DNA of 64,000 nucleotides from Leucoraja erinacea (lineage: Eukaryota), in NCBI RefSeq assembly GCF_028641065.1, contig NC_073408.1:3720001-3784000 (forward strand). Reading direction: 5' to 3'. This document shows, piece by piece, positions 12,783-25,212 of the stretch (the stretch's first letter is position 1; every line of letters starts with the position of its first letter). The position numbers and the translations under genes were made by a program. The notes under the pieces are model-generated. The model was given only the letters and a program-made list of their open reading frames with translations, ran no database searches and was not told where the DNA came from.

Positions 12783-13364
12783 CATTGTCACACAAGTTAC
12801 ATTTGACCATCATGTTCCTAGTTGTAATGTGTCGTTTCCTCTAGTTGTATACAGTGTTTTGTTTTCTCAGTAAACAAATGATAAATATAAAGATTATTAT
12901 TACTAAAAATAGCTGGCTTGTTTTCGAAAGAAAATACTTTCAGTCACACTGTTATTGCCATATAATTTTAATTTTCCTTATTTGGCCTAAGTTTGGCATT
13001 AATCCTCTCCTTTTTCATCTCTCCTCTTTCACAAACTGCAGTTATCTTGTATGTTTGTTTAAAACGGTTTGGTAGACTCCAGCTTTACCGGTTATTGACG
13101 TGCAATGCTAGAGTCATCTGGGTGTCATCAGCTTCACATGATGAATGGTATAACCCTCCTTGTTCTGAAGATGAGTCCTGACCCGAAATGTCCCCTATCT
13201 ATGTTCTCCTGAGAGGCTGCCTGACCTGCTGAGTTACTCCAGCAATTTTCACCTGAGTGAGCTAAATACAGTCCCAGCTTCGATATATATTATTGTCGTG
13301 TTTAATTTCTGGAATTCTCTAATCAGTTCCACTGTTGGAGCTCATTCACCATGGCTTGAGTTTC

Positions 13365-13672
13365 AGTTTAGAGATACAGCATTGAAATAGGCCCTTGTTC
13401 AGCCCACCAATACCATGCAGGCCATAGATATCCCGTTCACATTGGTTCTATGATATCCCACTCCCTACACACCAGGGGTAATTTACAGAGGCCAATTAAC
13501 CTACAAACCTGCATGTCTTTGGGATGTGGGAGGAAACCAGAGCACCTGGAGGAAACCCACGCATTCACACAGGGAGGAGGTTAGAAACTCCCCATAGACA
13601 TCACCCTCAGATCGAACCCGGGTCTCTGGCACTGAGAGGCAGCAGCTCTACCAGCTGCAACACTGTTCTGCC
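13365..13672 (-). mobile_element. V-SINE (HE1-like)
   Basis: Same head, V-domain and tail structure. Confidence 0.75.
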
Positions 13673-14402
13673 CAAGTTATGTAAAAAGGAAAAGGATTGG
13701 TAAGTCTGACCCGAAACGTCACCCATTCCTTCTGGCCAGAGATGCTGCATGTCCCGCTGAGTTACTCCAGCTTTGGTTTAAACCAGCATCTGCAGTTCCT
13801 TCCGACACACAAGTGGTAAATACAGGTCCCTTACAAACAGAAGCAAGGGAATTTTAACTGAGAAATAAATAAATGGTAGAGAAAAGATTGAACAAAACTT
13901 AAGAGTGCATCTTCACTGAAGCCAAAAAAAAAAACAATCCTGAAAACCAAGTATCCAGTGCAATGTGGAAATTAAATAGAGTACCATGAATGAAGTTATT
14001 AATTCTTGAAAAGTTCAATCCTAAATCCAGTTTCCTCGAAATGGGCCTGGGATTTTCAGGATTCAGGAGGGATTTTCAGGATTCAGGGGGGGATATTGCA
14101 TTTCCTCAAGCAAACCTTGAGCACATTCTTAAATCTTTCTCTGAGACTGCCTGCTGATCCCTTCCCATGACAAAATCGGGGATGGTGCCTGTTGACGAGC
14201 AACGTGGCCAGCTCAATAGCTCAGTGTAATTCTGCTTTGGTGATGTTTGCCTGGGAGAGGACATCTGCAATGGTCTGCTTCTATTTTCATTGCCTTTGGA
14301 AGATTTTGCAGCAACAATGTAGGTAGCTATTGATTGCAACATGGACAATGTGGGTAGCTCCATTGTACCGAGATACAATGGATTAGCTCTGCAAACCTCT
14401 CC

Positions 14403-15755
14403 TCAGATGCTGCCTGGCCTGAATCTCCCCAGATGCTGCCTGGCCTGACTCTCCCCAGATGATGCCTGGCCTGACTCTCCCCAGATGCTGCCTGGCCTGA
14501 CTCTCCCCAGATGATGCCTGGCCTGAATCTCCCCAGATGCTGCCTGGCCTGAATCTCCACAGATGCTGCCTGGCCTGACTCTCCCCAGATGCTGCCTGGC
14601 CTGAATCTCCCCAGATGCTGCCTGGCCTGACTCTCCCCAGATGCTGCCTGGCCTGAATCTCCACAGATGCTGCCTGGCCTGAATCTCCCCAGATGCTGCC
14701 TGGCCTGAATCTCCCCAGATGCTGCCTGGCCTGACTCTCCCCAGATGCTGCCTGGCCTGAATCTCCCCAGATGATGCCTGGCCTGACTCTCCACAGATGC
14801 TGCCTGGCCTGACTCTCCACAGATGATGCCTGGCCTGACTCTCCCCAGATGCTGCCTGGCCTGACTCTCCCCAGATGATGCCTGGCCTGAATCTCCCCAG
14901 ATGCTGCCTGGCCTGAATCTCCCCAGATGCTGCCTGGCCTGAATCTCCCCAGATGATGCCTGGCCTGAATCTCCCCAGATGATGCCTGGCCTGAATCTCC
15001 CCAGATGCTGCCTGGCCTGAATCTCCCCAGATGCTGCCTGGCCTGAATCTCCCCAGATGATGCCTGGCCTGACTCTCCCCAGATGATGCCTGGCCTGAAT
15101 CTCCCCAGATGATGCCTGGCCTGAATCTCCCCAGATGATGCCTGGCCTGAATCTCCACAGATGCTGCGGAGCGCTGAATCTCCCCCGCGCTCCTGGCGAA
15201 TCTCCCCAGATGCTGCCTGGCCTGAATCTCCACAGATGCTGCCTGGCCTGACTCTCCACAGCGATGATGCCGCCCTGGACTCTCCCGGATCTGCCTGAGC
15301 GAAATCTCCCCAGATGCGGCCTAGCCTGGACTCTCCCAGATGCCCCCAGGTCCTGACACCTTGGACCCAGATGCTGCGGGGGCCTGAGCATCGGGAGCAG
15401 ATGCTGCAGCCTGACCAGACTCCCCGTCCGGCCCAGATGCTGTCTGTAACTTCCCCAGATGCTGCCTGGCCTGACTCTCCCCAGATGCTGCCTGGCCGAT
15501 CCCCAGATGATGCCTGGCCCCCAGATGCTGATTTAGCCTGACTCTCCCCAGATGGGTTTCCTGGCTGAAAACGTGCTACCCTTTCCTGAATCTCCACAGA
15601 TGCTGCCTGGCTGAAACTCCCCAGATGCTGCCTGGCCTGACTCTCCCCAGATGCTGCCTGGCCTGAATCTCCCCAGATGCTGCCTGGCCTGAATCTCCCC
15701 AGATGATGCCTGGCCTGACTCTCCCCAGATGCTGCCTGGCCTGACTCTCCACAGC
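14403..15755. repeat. 26-bp minisatellite CAGATG(C/A)TGCCTGGCCTGA(A/C)TCTCC(C/A) upstream of IFT46
   Basis: About 50 tandem units; a degenerate block at ~15165-15600 lies between clean arrays; source of the long spurious minus-strand ORFs. Confidence 0.95.
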
Positions 15756-16060
15756 AGCCGCAGCACCGTTCCCCAACGGGAGGGGGCGGAGCGCTGCGTC
15801 CCCGCGGTCCAGGCGATCACTCCGCGGTGGGCGGGGCGGGGCTGAGTGCGCAGGCGCAGTGAGCGGCGGGGCGCCCATGGCGGAGTCGGACTCTGAGGGA
15901 GCGAAGGTAACCATGGCAACGCGGCCTAGTTTGGGAGGGGGGTCGCGGCGCCCCGAGGTCATAGATCACTCCCGCACCTTGGGCCTTAGTGGCACCGGGG
16001 GCTCAGCAGCGGGAGCGAGCCGAGCCGAGCCCGGCCCCGTCCGGCCGGCCCAGGGACCGT
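15756..16060 (+). promoter_or_regulatory. IFT46 CpG-island promoter: GC boxes, NRF1-like TGCGCAGGCGCA (15847-15858), RFX X-box GTAACCATGGCAAC (15907-15920)
   Basis: CpG-dense; motifs read directly; RFX control of ciliary genes is established. Confidence 0.8.
15877..15906 (+). CDS. IFT46: IFT46 exon 1 coding part (MAESDSEGAK)
   Basis: cccATGG start, AAG/gtaacc donor, phase 0, in frame with exon 2. Confidence 0.72.
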
Positions 16061-16067
16061 CTGTAAC

Positions 16068-16305
16068 TTCACCCAGAGAGTTGTGAATCTGTGGCATTCT
16101 CTGCCACAGTCGAGGCCGATTCACTGGATGTTTAGATTTACACAGAGAGTTAGATTTAGCTCTTAGTGCTAACGGAGTCGGGGGATACGGGGAGAAGGCA
16201 GGAACGGGGTACTGATAGGGGATGATCAGCCGTGATCACATTGAATGGTGGTGCAGGCTCGAAGGGCCGAATGGCCTCCTCCTGCACCTTGTCTATGTTT
16301 CTCTA
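16068..16305 (+). mobile_element. CR1-type LINE 3' fragment
   Basis: FTQRVVNLW motif and the CR1 tail ggctcgaagggccgaatggcct...ctatgtttct. Confidence 0.8.
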
Positions 16306-16314
16306 TATGTTTCT

Positions 16315-17220
16315 ATAACTCAGGGACGGTGTGTGTAACTCAGGGACTGTGTGTAACTCAGGGACTGTGTAACTCAGGGACTGTGTGTGTAACTCGGGGA
16401 CTGTGTGTGTAACTCAGGAGCTGTGTGTGTAACTCAGGGACTGTGTGTGTAACTAGGACTGTGTGTGTAACTCGGGGACTGTGTGTGTAACTCAGGGACT
16501 GTGTGTAACTCAGGGACGGTGTGTGTAACTCAGGGACTGTGTGTGTAACTCAGGGACTGTGTGTGTAACTCAGGGACTGTGTGTGTAACTCAGGGACTGT
16601 GGGTAACTCAGGGTGTGTGTAACTCAGGGACTGTGTGTGTAACTCAGGGACTGTGTGTGTAACTCAGGGACTGTGTGTGTAACTCAGGGACTGTGTGTGT
16701 AACTCAGGGAAGGTGTGTGTAACTCAGGGACTGTGTGTGTAACTCAGGGACGGTGTGTGTCAGGGACGGTGTGTGTAACTCAGGGACTGTGTGTGTAACT
16801 CAGTGACTGTGTGTAACTCGGACTGTGTGTGTAACTCGGGGACTGTGTGTGTAACTCGGGGACTGTGTGTGTAACTCAGGGACTGTGTGTAACTCAGGGA
16901 CTGTGTGTGTAACTCGGGGACTGTGTGTGTAACTCAGGGACTGTGTGTGTAACTCGGACTGTGTGTGTAACTCGGGGACTGTGTGTGTAACTCGGGGACT
17001 GTGTGTGTAACTAGGACTGTGTGTGTAACTCGGACTGTGTGTGTAACTCAGGGACTGTGTAACGCAGGGACTGTGTGTGTAACTCAGGGACTGTGTGTGT
17101 AACTCGGACTGTGTAACTCGGACTGTGTGTGTAACTCAGGGACTGTGTGTGTAACGCAGGGACTGTGTGTGTAACTCAGGGACCGTGTGTGTAACTCAGG
17201 ACTGTATGTAACTCAGGGAG
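16315..17220. repeat. ~18-20-bp minisatellite (GT)nAACTCAGGGACT in IFT46 intron 1
   Basis: About 45 tandem units with variable GT length. Confidence 0.95.
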
Positions 17221-17221
17221 T

Positions 17222-17418
17222 GTTTGTGATGAAGTGCTTTGAGAGGTTGGTTATGGTGGATATCAACTCCTACCTCAACAAGAACCTCGACCCACTACAG
17301 TTTGCCTAATGTCACAACAGGTCAATGGAGGATGCGATCTCACTGGCTCTCCACTCCCTACTGGACCTCTTGGACAATAATAACACTTATGTCAGGCTGT
17401 TGTTCATAGACTACAGCA
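17222..17418 (+). mobile_element. Rex1/Babar-type LINE reverse transcriptase fragment
   Basis: [37 protein letters not shown] motifs, with an in-frame stop. Confidence 0.8.
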
Positions 17419-17658
17419 TCCGGCCCGCAGACTTCCGTCTTTTCTGGTACCTGGAAGGTAATTTTTGGACCAAGGGTCAGGTGAAACACTGTGAAAAAAA
17501 CGCATTCAATCCTGCTTGGGACTACTAAATTCCAACTCCCATTTCCCTAAATCATTTAGCCAAAGTTTGTTATGTTAAATATAGCACAAAATGATTTGCT
17601 TAAGCATAAAAAAACCATGCTATTCATTACATTAAAGCCATTTTAAATCTGTTTTCAG

Positions 17659-17755
17659 ACAAAGCTTGTTACTAACCAGCCATATGATGAAAGTCTGGAT
17701 GTAAATGATTCGGAAGAAGTAGCAAGCATCTATACCCCATCCCCAAGGCAGCCTG
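17659..17755 (+). CDS. IFT46: IFT46 exon 2
   Basis: TKLVTNQPYDESLDVNDSEEVASIYTPSPRQP; gttttcag/gtaagt. Confidence 0.85.
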
Positions 17756-19102
17756 GTAAGTGCAGGTAGCTTGAAATATAAGGGTATATATGTAAAGGAG
17801 GGCAAAAAGGCTAGATCGTGTCACGTACTAGGAAATATGTATGGTCATATGTAACATGAGGGTTATTATGTGGCCTGCTATGAACATAAAATGATACATC
17901 TATCAGTGATTGATGTGAGAAATGGCCATTGAGATAAGTCACAAAGGCAGATAGCCATGATATGTGTATTGGAAGATTTATTTACTGCCACACTGTGACC
18001 GTGTGGGGTTTCTCCAGGTGCTCCAGTTTCCTCCCACACTCCAAAGACGTACAGGTTTGTAGGTTAATTGGTTTTGGTAAAATTGCAAATTGTCTCTAGT
18101 GTGTTGGATAGTGCTAGTGTACGTGGCGATAACTGGTCGGCACGGACTCGGTGGGCCAAAGAGTAGATCAGAGACTGAATGTCCTGTGTCGAGTGTTTTA
18201 CCTCCAGATACTGCAAAACCTTTTCACTATCTGCAACTATATGTCAGGTTTATGATGGAATACTCTCCACATATCTAAATAAATGCAGTGCCATCGATTG
18301 TCAGGAAACCCAAAAGCCTGCAAGTAAGAATTCCATTGTTCCCTTTCAGTGTATGCAGGGACAATTTAGTTTCTTGAATAGCCAGGACAAAGCAGGTTGA
18401 AAGAGAACCTCGGCAACCACCCACAACATTAATTCCCACCTTCACCACTACACAGTGCGCAACAAAAGCTTTTCACTGTGCCTCGGTTCAGGTGACAATA
18501 AACAAAACTCAAACAATTACTGCATTCGTTACCATCTGCAAAATGTACTGCAGCTACTCATCCAGATTACTGCAACAGCCTACCAAGCCCATGATCTCAA
18601 TCATCAAGCCAAACAAGGCCGGCAGGTATATGGGAGCACCACCACATGTAAGTTGCACACCTTGTAGCAAACCATTCTGATTTGGAAATAAATCACTGGT
18701 CCTTCATCGTGGGTCCACATTCTGGAGCTCCATCCCCGAAACCACTGTGGGTATGCCTTTGTTAGAAATAAATCAGCAGTTCACGAAGAAGGGTCTTGAC
18801 CCAAAACGTCCCCCATTCCTTCTCTCCAGACATGCTTCCTGCCCCGCTGAGTTACTCCAGCTTTTTGTGTCTTTCAGCAGTTCAAGAAGGCAACTTACTA
18901 GCACCCTTTCGAGTGCAGTTAAAGATGAGTAATAACTGCTAATCTTATGAATGATGCCAAGATCCTGATACTGTATTTTAACATAATAAAGAATATTGAG
19001 TGTGGTCTTTTGCTCATTCATAGCCACGGACCTTTTGCTCATTTACACCAATGGAATCAAAATCCAAGAGATGTTCTGATATTTATTTTTGTTTGCACTC
19101 AG

Positions 19103-19191
19103 CTGGCCCCAGGATAAGCCGGTCCCAAACCAGAATCATGGCAGATAACAGCAGCGATGAGTACGAGGAGGAGAACAGTAAGAAATCAGAG
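19103..19191 (+). CDS. IFT46: IFT46 exon 3 (contains MADNSSDE, ATG at 19138)
   Basis: MADNSSDEYEEENSKKSE matches the human IFT46 N-terminus. Confidence 0.92.
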
Positions 19192-19988
19192 GTAACAAAC
19201 ACATTCATGATTGCACATTATCATTTCACTGTCATTAATTCTGCAGTTGCACATAAACATTATGTAGTGGCATGTATGCCTCCATTGTAAAATAACACTA
19301 TCTGGGCTCAAATCTGTGCACAGATTGCTTTTGCAAACTATTCTGGTACACAAGCAGTTCCACACATTTGATGGCACTGGACATTGACATGGTATTTAAA
19401 AATGAAGATGCTCTGGTAAGATCCACATCCAAATTCAGCATCAAGATGTTTGTAAATTTACAGCCATTTTAGGAACATGTTCAACTTATAGGCCATTTTA
19501 ATCTTAACTTTCAGACGTGTGAATGAAAAGCAACTGTTGTTTAATCTCTGTGATGATCAAGCTGAAATAAGATGAGATTTGAATTTCTCCAGTGCAGGAC
19601 ATTAGCAAGCAGTGGAAAGGCGCTTATTGGTGGGTCAGCAGTGTATAGACTCTGAAGCTACTCCAGCTTTTTGAGTCTATTCTAAGAAAAGGGAGAGATT
19701 GTTGTTTTTCATGGTGTGTAGAACAGAGAAACTCTACATGGCACAGAATCTATTAAGAATATAATGTGCTACTGTAGAGGAACATTAATGGGCTTGGCAC
19801 AAAGAGGATCCTATGCCACCTCCTCCCCAAACATAAGGAGGAGCTCGGCCAGCTTGACTCAAATTCTTGAGTTTCCAGAGAGACTGCAGTTGAGTTTGTC
19901 TCAACTTTCTGTATAACTTAAATACTTAGCAACGTAATCAGCCGAGTAATTTATTCTTTGTAATGTGTAGAATTTATATATTTAGCAG

Positions 19989-20116
19989 GAGAAAAAGAAG
20001 AGCTCAAAGTCCCTGCAGCAGGGGTTTGTAGAAAATGAGGATGAGGAGGAAGATGAAGATTCAGACGACACAGAATCTGATGAAGATGATGAAGAACATG
20101 GAGCACCACCCGAAGG
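19989..20116 (+). CDS. IFT46: IFT46 exon 4 (acidic; NAGNAG acceptor, alternative start 19986)
   Basis: EKKKSSKSLQQGFVENEDEEEDEDSDDTESDEDDEEHGAPPEG. Confidence 0.92.
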
Positions 20117-21420
20117 GTGAGTCGGGCAGCAGTTGAACAGAAATGAAAACCAAAGTTGTTTCCTTCATGACATTGTGGCTCAGTCCTTTGCTTGGTATCT
20201 TATCATCTAGTTAAGAAGTCTGTAGGTAAAATCGCTGATCAGTATTGACGTAAGGTAGATTTTCTTCAAAACAGGTTTTGAGGAATTTATGAGATTTATG
20301 GAAGAGGATTAAAAAGATGTAGCACAAGAAAGTACTCGGCAGGAATGGAGCAATCTCAGATCGGATTTCCAGAGCATGAGCTGAAGTGACTGAAGGCTCT
20401 GCTAAGGATGAAGAGGAGAGGGAGGAGAGTACACAGGAGGTTGTAGTCAGCGGACAGATGGGTATGGTAGATGTGTACGAAGGAACTACAGATGCTGGTT
20501 TACACCATAGATAGACCAGAGGGCTGAAGTAACTCAGCAGGTCAGGCAGCATCTCTGGAGAAAATGAATAGGTGATGTGTCGGGTCGAGACTCTTCTTCA
20601 GACTCAAAAGGGATAGGTGATGTTTCGGGTCACGACTCTTCTTCAGAATTTGAGTCTGAAGAAAGGTCTCACCTCGCTGAGTTACTCCAGCTTTTTGTGT
20701 TAATCTTGGGTATGTTAGATGTTCAGTCATTGCAAGATTTCATTGACAGAAGACAATAATTTAAATTGGAAGCAGTGGGGTTAGGGTGGAACTAGAAATG
20801 ATATGATGTGGAGGTTTTTTTTTGTGTGATGAGCTGTTTATTGTTTCAGTTGTAGTCTATGGATTTAACGTCCAGGTTCAGGAACAGCTTCTTCCCCACA
20901 GCCATCAGGTTAATAAACACTACAAGGTACACAAAAATGCTGGAGAAACTCAGCGGGTGCAGCAACATCTATGGAGCGAAGGAAATAGGCAACGTTTCGG
21001 GCTGAAACCCTTCTTCAGACTGAATAAACACTACAACCTCATAAGCTATGAACTACATAGATTATTATTATTATTATTGTTCTGTTATTGTTTGTTCTTT
21101 TTTTCTGAGTTTTTGTTATATTATTTATTACGATTGCATATTCTGTTGTGCTGCAGCAAGTAAGAATTTCATTGTTCTATCTGGGACATATGACGATAAA
21201 ACACTCTTGACTGTTGATTTTGTAAAATGTCCCTGCTTAATTGGGAAATGACTTAAGGGTCGAGACCCGAAACGTCACCTATTCCTTCGCTCCATAGATG
21301 CTGCCTCACCCGCTGAGTTTCTCCAGCATTTTTGTCTATCTTCGATTTTTCCAGCATTCCTTCTTAAGCGAATCAGAAAGTGGAGTCATTGTCTATAATG
21401 TGGATTTATTTTTCTTTCAG

Positions 21421-21495
21421 TGCATATGATCCTGCAGATTATGAGCATCTTCCTACTTCTACGGAAATAAAGGAGCTCTTTCAGTATATCACACG
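21421..21495 (+). CDS. IFT46: IFT46 exon 5
   Basis: AYDPADYEHLPTSTEIKELFQYITR. Confidence 0.94.
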
Positions 21496-22528
21496 GTAAG
21501 CAGTCTGCATACAATTAATTTCATTTTGATGCCTGTGATGTTAGAGGTAGTTTTGTATCTGCACAGGTTTTAAGAGGGATCTTATGTCTCACTGATAGTA
21601 TGTATTCCACTCCCTCATCATTTTATCTTTACAGCTGCTGTTAGCCAGAAATTAAGTTGATAAGTTTGTGGCAGAAGCTGATACCAAGTAAAACTGAATT
21701 GCCAAAGCAAACTCAATTTGGCAGTTTTATGTTAATAATAATAGTGGGCAGCTACAAATGCTGACTCGTTACCGAAATGTAGAGCCCGTATTTAACTCAG
21801 TAAGTGCCAACAGTACATGTTCTTGATTTGCTGTATACCTCACCAGTATGTTCCTCCCTATTCACCCTCATTACATGTTGATAATATTCTGTGACCCAAA
21901 ACGTCGCCGAAGTCGAGACCTGATACGTCCTTCTCCTTCTCTCCAGAGAGTTACCCGCTGAGTTACTCCAGCATTTTGTGTCTACCTTCGATTTAAACCA
22001 GCATCTTCTTCTTCTTATCGAGTCCACACACAAGATTAGAAGTTGTTCAGCCAGAGCTGAACACGCTTCTCGGCATCTGCATACAAAGGTGACTGTCTTG
22101 TCACTTCTTGTGCGTGGTGGTGGAAAGAGGGCCGTGACGTGAACACTCTTTCCTTGACCCCAAACCAGCATCTGCAGTTCTTTCTTACACACTGTATATG
22201 TGGCTGGTGTGCACCTTTGTAGCATGTTCCGAACTTGCTGTGTGCAAGTAGTTGTTCACCTTCTCAAACTTGTACTGGTTGGAGAATTTCCTTCATGGAG
22301 TGGGAATGAAGATCAGCGAATAAGCCGTGCATCTCTCTGGAGCCCATAAAAATACATGATTTAAAAAAAAAACATGTATAATGTTTGTTTTTTTCTTAGC
22401 TTCCTTTGACTGTGATTATACTGCTACATACAGTATTTATCTAGCTTCCTGTTAAATACATATCTGCTGTTAGAAAATGTCCTTAGAAGTGGTTGTGAGT
22501 TTTGAGTTTGTTTGTTCATGTTCGACAG

Positions 22529-22622
22529 GTATACTCCACAGTCTATTGAGCTGGATCACAAACTGAAGCCATTCATTCCTGATTTCATTCCGTCAGTTGG
22601 TGATATTGATGCTTTTTTGAAG
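22529..22622 (+). CDS. IFT46: IFT46 exon 6
   Basis: YTPQSIELDHKLKPFIPDFIPSVGDIDAFLK. Confidence 0.95.
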
Positions 22623-23188
22623 GTGAAAACGTACTTTTAATTGTATTCAAATGACTTATTTAGTTATAACCATTTGACTTTTAATATATTCAAACCATTT
22701 TCTTTCTCTGAAATTAAATTTTCAATCGTTCTGAAATACATCGAATGACCTATTTGAACTGGGTGTTCCAGTAGAAGTGGGATAACAAAGAGCTGGGTTT
22801 GATGGCCAGCATGGACTCATTGGGCCGAAGGGCCTGTTTTCATGCTGTATCTCAAAACCAAACTAAAGCTCCAAAGTCACACGTCTTTGGGATGTGGGAA
22901 GAAGCCGGAGTACCCGGAGGAAATTCACGCGGTCACAGGGAGAACATGCAAACTCCACACAGACCCGAGATCAACTTTGAAAAAATAAAAAATGGACTAT
23001 TAACAAACTAGTTGGCAGGTTAACATTGTCATAAAATCTGGCTAAAGTTGACTATGTTAACCTAGGCTAAGTGGGGAACTAATTATTAAACTGTTACTAG
23101 ACTTCCTCTTCACCAGCACACATTTGGACAGTTGATACAAGTTGTTTGTGAACTGTTTGATTGCTGTTATTTTCCTTGTGGCCTGTAG

Positions 23189-23317
23189 GTCCCACGTCCT
23201 GATGGGAAGTCGGACAACCTCGGCCTGATCCCGTTGGATGAACCTTGTGCAAAGCAGTCGGACCCGACTGTACTGTCCCTGTGGCTAACGGAGAATTCAA
23301 AGCAGCACAGTGTTACG
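23189..23317 (+). CDS. IFT46: IFT46 exon 7
   Basis: VPRPDGKSDNLGLIPLDEPCAKQSDPTVLSLWLTENSKQHSVT. Confidence 0.95.
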
Positions 23318-24707
23318 GTAAGCAGAGGGGCACGCTAGTTTGAGACTGAAACGTTACCCAGCCTTTTTCTTCAGACATGCTGGATGACCCACTGAGTTAC
23401 TCGGGCACTTTGTGTCCATCTTCGGCACGTTTTAAGTTGCGAACTTGAGCTAGAGCAGGACTGCTGATTAGCCCAGCAATCAAAGGTAGACAAAAATGCT
23501 GGACAAACTCAGCGGGTGAGGCAGCATCTATGGAGCGAAGGAGTAGGTGACGTTTCGGGTCGAGACCCGAAACGTCACCTATTCCTTCGCTCCATAGATG
23601 TTCTATGTTATCCACCCCTTGCACAAAAGGGGCACTTTACAGAAGCCAATTAATGGCCCCTTCCCCTTCAATGTGGTGAAACAATATATCTCTAGAGAAA
23701 TCGCTTAAAATGATTATAATGGACGGCGCAGTGGTACAGCTGCTGTCTCACAGCGCCAGAGACGCAGTTTCCATCCTGACCTCGGGTACTGACTGTGCAG
23801 AGTTTGAGTGTTCTCCCTCTGATCATGTAACTCTTGAGTGCAGACTGGCTACCATGTTGGCTGCATTGCAAACAGTTTCTTAACGTACAGTAGGTGGTCT
23901 TGGATATCCTGTTAGGGACAAGCAAGAGAATACAAATCCAAGGCTTTTCACTGCAACAAGATCATATTGTTTGGTCTTCCATGAGTACAGTAATATCAAG
24001 ACATGATATCTATCTGATGCTGTTGGTGGAATTTAAATGCAATTACATTTATTGAGTCTTATTAATGCATTCCACAGCCATGAGAAATGGCAGGAACAAC
24101 ATGATCCTGTGTCTTCAATGGGAAGCACATACATCCATGCCAGATGAGCACATTATCTGACCGAGATCTAATTGTGTACCAACTGCACTGTTTACGTAGT
24201 CTTGAATGTGGTCATTTGGCTGAGGTACTATGTGGCATATAAATCTAATACCACAATATATCTTTAACATAGAGAAATGTTCTTAAATGCTTCCTGGGAA
24301 CTTCATTTAATACAATTTGACACCGAGCTGCCTAAAGAGAGAGTTTGGCAAGTAAATAGTAATTTATACATACAGATGGGTTTCCTTGGAAAAGAAGTTT
24401 AAAAAAATAATTCTAATCTTAATTTCTACGCAGCTGTCCGTGGTGGGGCGATGTAAGTATAGATATGCATGCGGTCAGAATCAGAGATGTTTGCAGTAAC
24501 AAAGCTACAGCGGGCAAGATTGATTCAAACACAAAGTCAGGCGTTTTTAATTTGAGATATTTATCAAGGACTTACCTGAAGGAAAAGAGGTAACAGAATG
24601 TACATCTAATAACTGTACCTGTGGCAATTAGTTCAACTTTGAGGAATCACACCCTTGGGTTTAAAGTACCTTTAAGATTGAGAAAATGTTTATTTCTTTC
24701 ACCACAG

Positions 24708-24826
24708 CAGCTGAAGGTGAAAAGTCTGGAGAATGTGGAAAAGAATCCCAAGGCTCTTGACAACTGGATGGAAAGTATCAGTGAGCTGCACCGCTCCAAA
24801 CCACCCGCTAATGTTCACTACACCAA
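24708..24826 (+). CDS. IFT46: IFT46 exon 8 (NAGNAG acceptor)
   Basis: QLKVKSLENVEKNPKALDNWMESISELHRSKPPANVHYTK. Confidence 0.94.
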
Positions 24827-24983
24827 GTGAGTTGTGTCTGTCGCTTTGTGTATACCCATTGTGGGCTTCACCTTTCCTTCATCACCATTACTGGACAAGT
24901 ACCTGTGGAACTGGACAGCAATTGTAATGTGATAATTGATCACATCCCGTAGCTGTAGTTGATGCATTTTATTCCCTCCTTAG

Positions 24984-25050
24984 GCCCATGCCTGATATCG
25001 ATTCGCTCATGCAGGAGTGGCCGCCAGAGTTTGAGGAGCTGCTGGGGAAG
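24984..25050 (+). CDS. IFT46: IFT46 exon 9
   Basis: PMPDIDSLMQEWPPEFEELLGK. Confidence 0.94.
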
Positions 25051-25151
25051 GTGAGTGAGCCCCATCACAACAGTAAATCTGGTATCATTTATCAGTACTG
25101 CCAGCGAGAAGCATTTCTCTCAATGTCTAAATTATCTTTCTTTTAACTCAG

Positions 25152-25212
25152 GTGAGCCTGCCCACAGCAGAAACCAACTGTGACCTGCCCCAGTACATTG
25201 ATATGATCTGTG
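25152..25212 (+). CDS. IFT46: IFT46 exon 10
   Basis: VSLPTAETNCDLPQYIDMIC. Confidence 0.93.

Noticed and set aside
14327-15597. Long ORFs of 276-404 aa on the minus strand
   Set aside because: All three frames are open because the 26-bp minisatellite lacks stops on that strand; no splice or codon evidence for a gene
15165-15600. Degenerate middle of the 26-bp array as a distinct functional element
   Set aside because: Still derived from the same unit; may reflect older units or low consensus quality
14403-17220. CRISPR-like appearance of the regular repeats
   Set aside because: Units are contiguous with no unique spacers, and the context is eukaryotic
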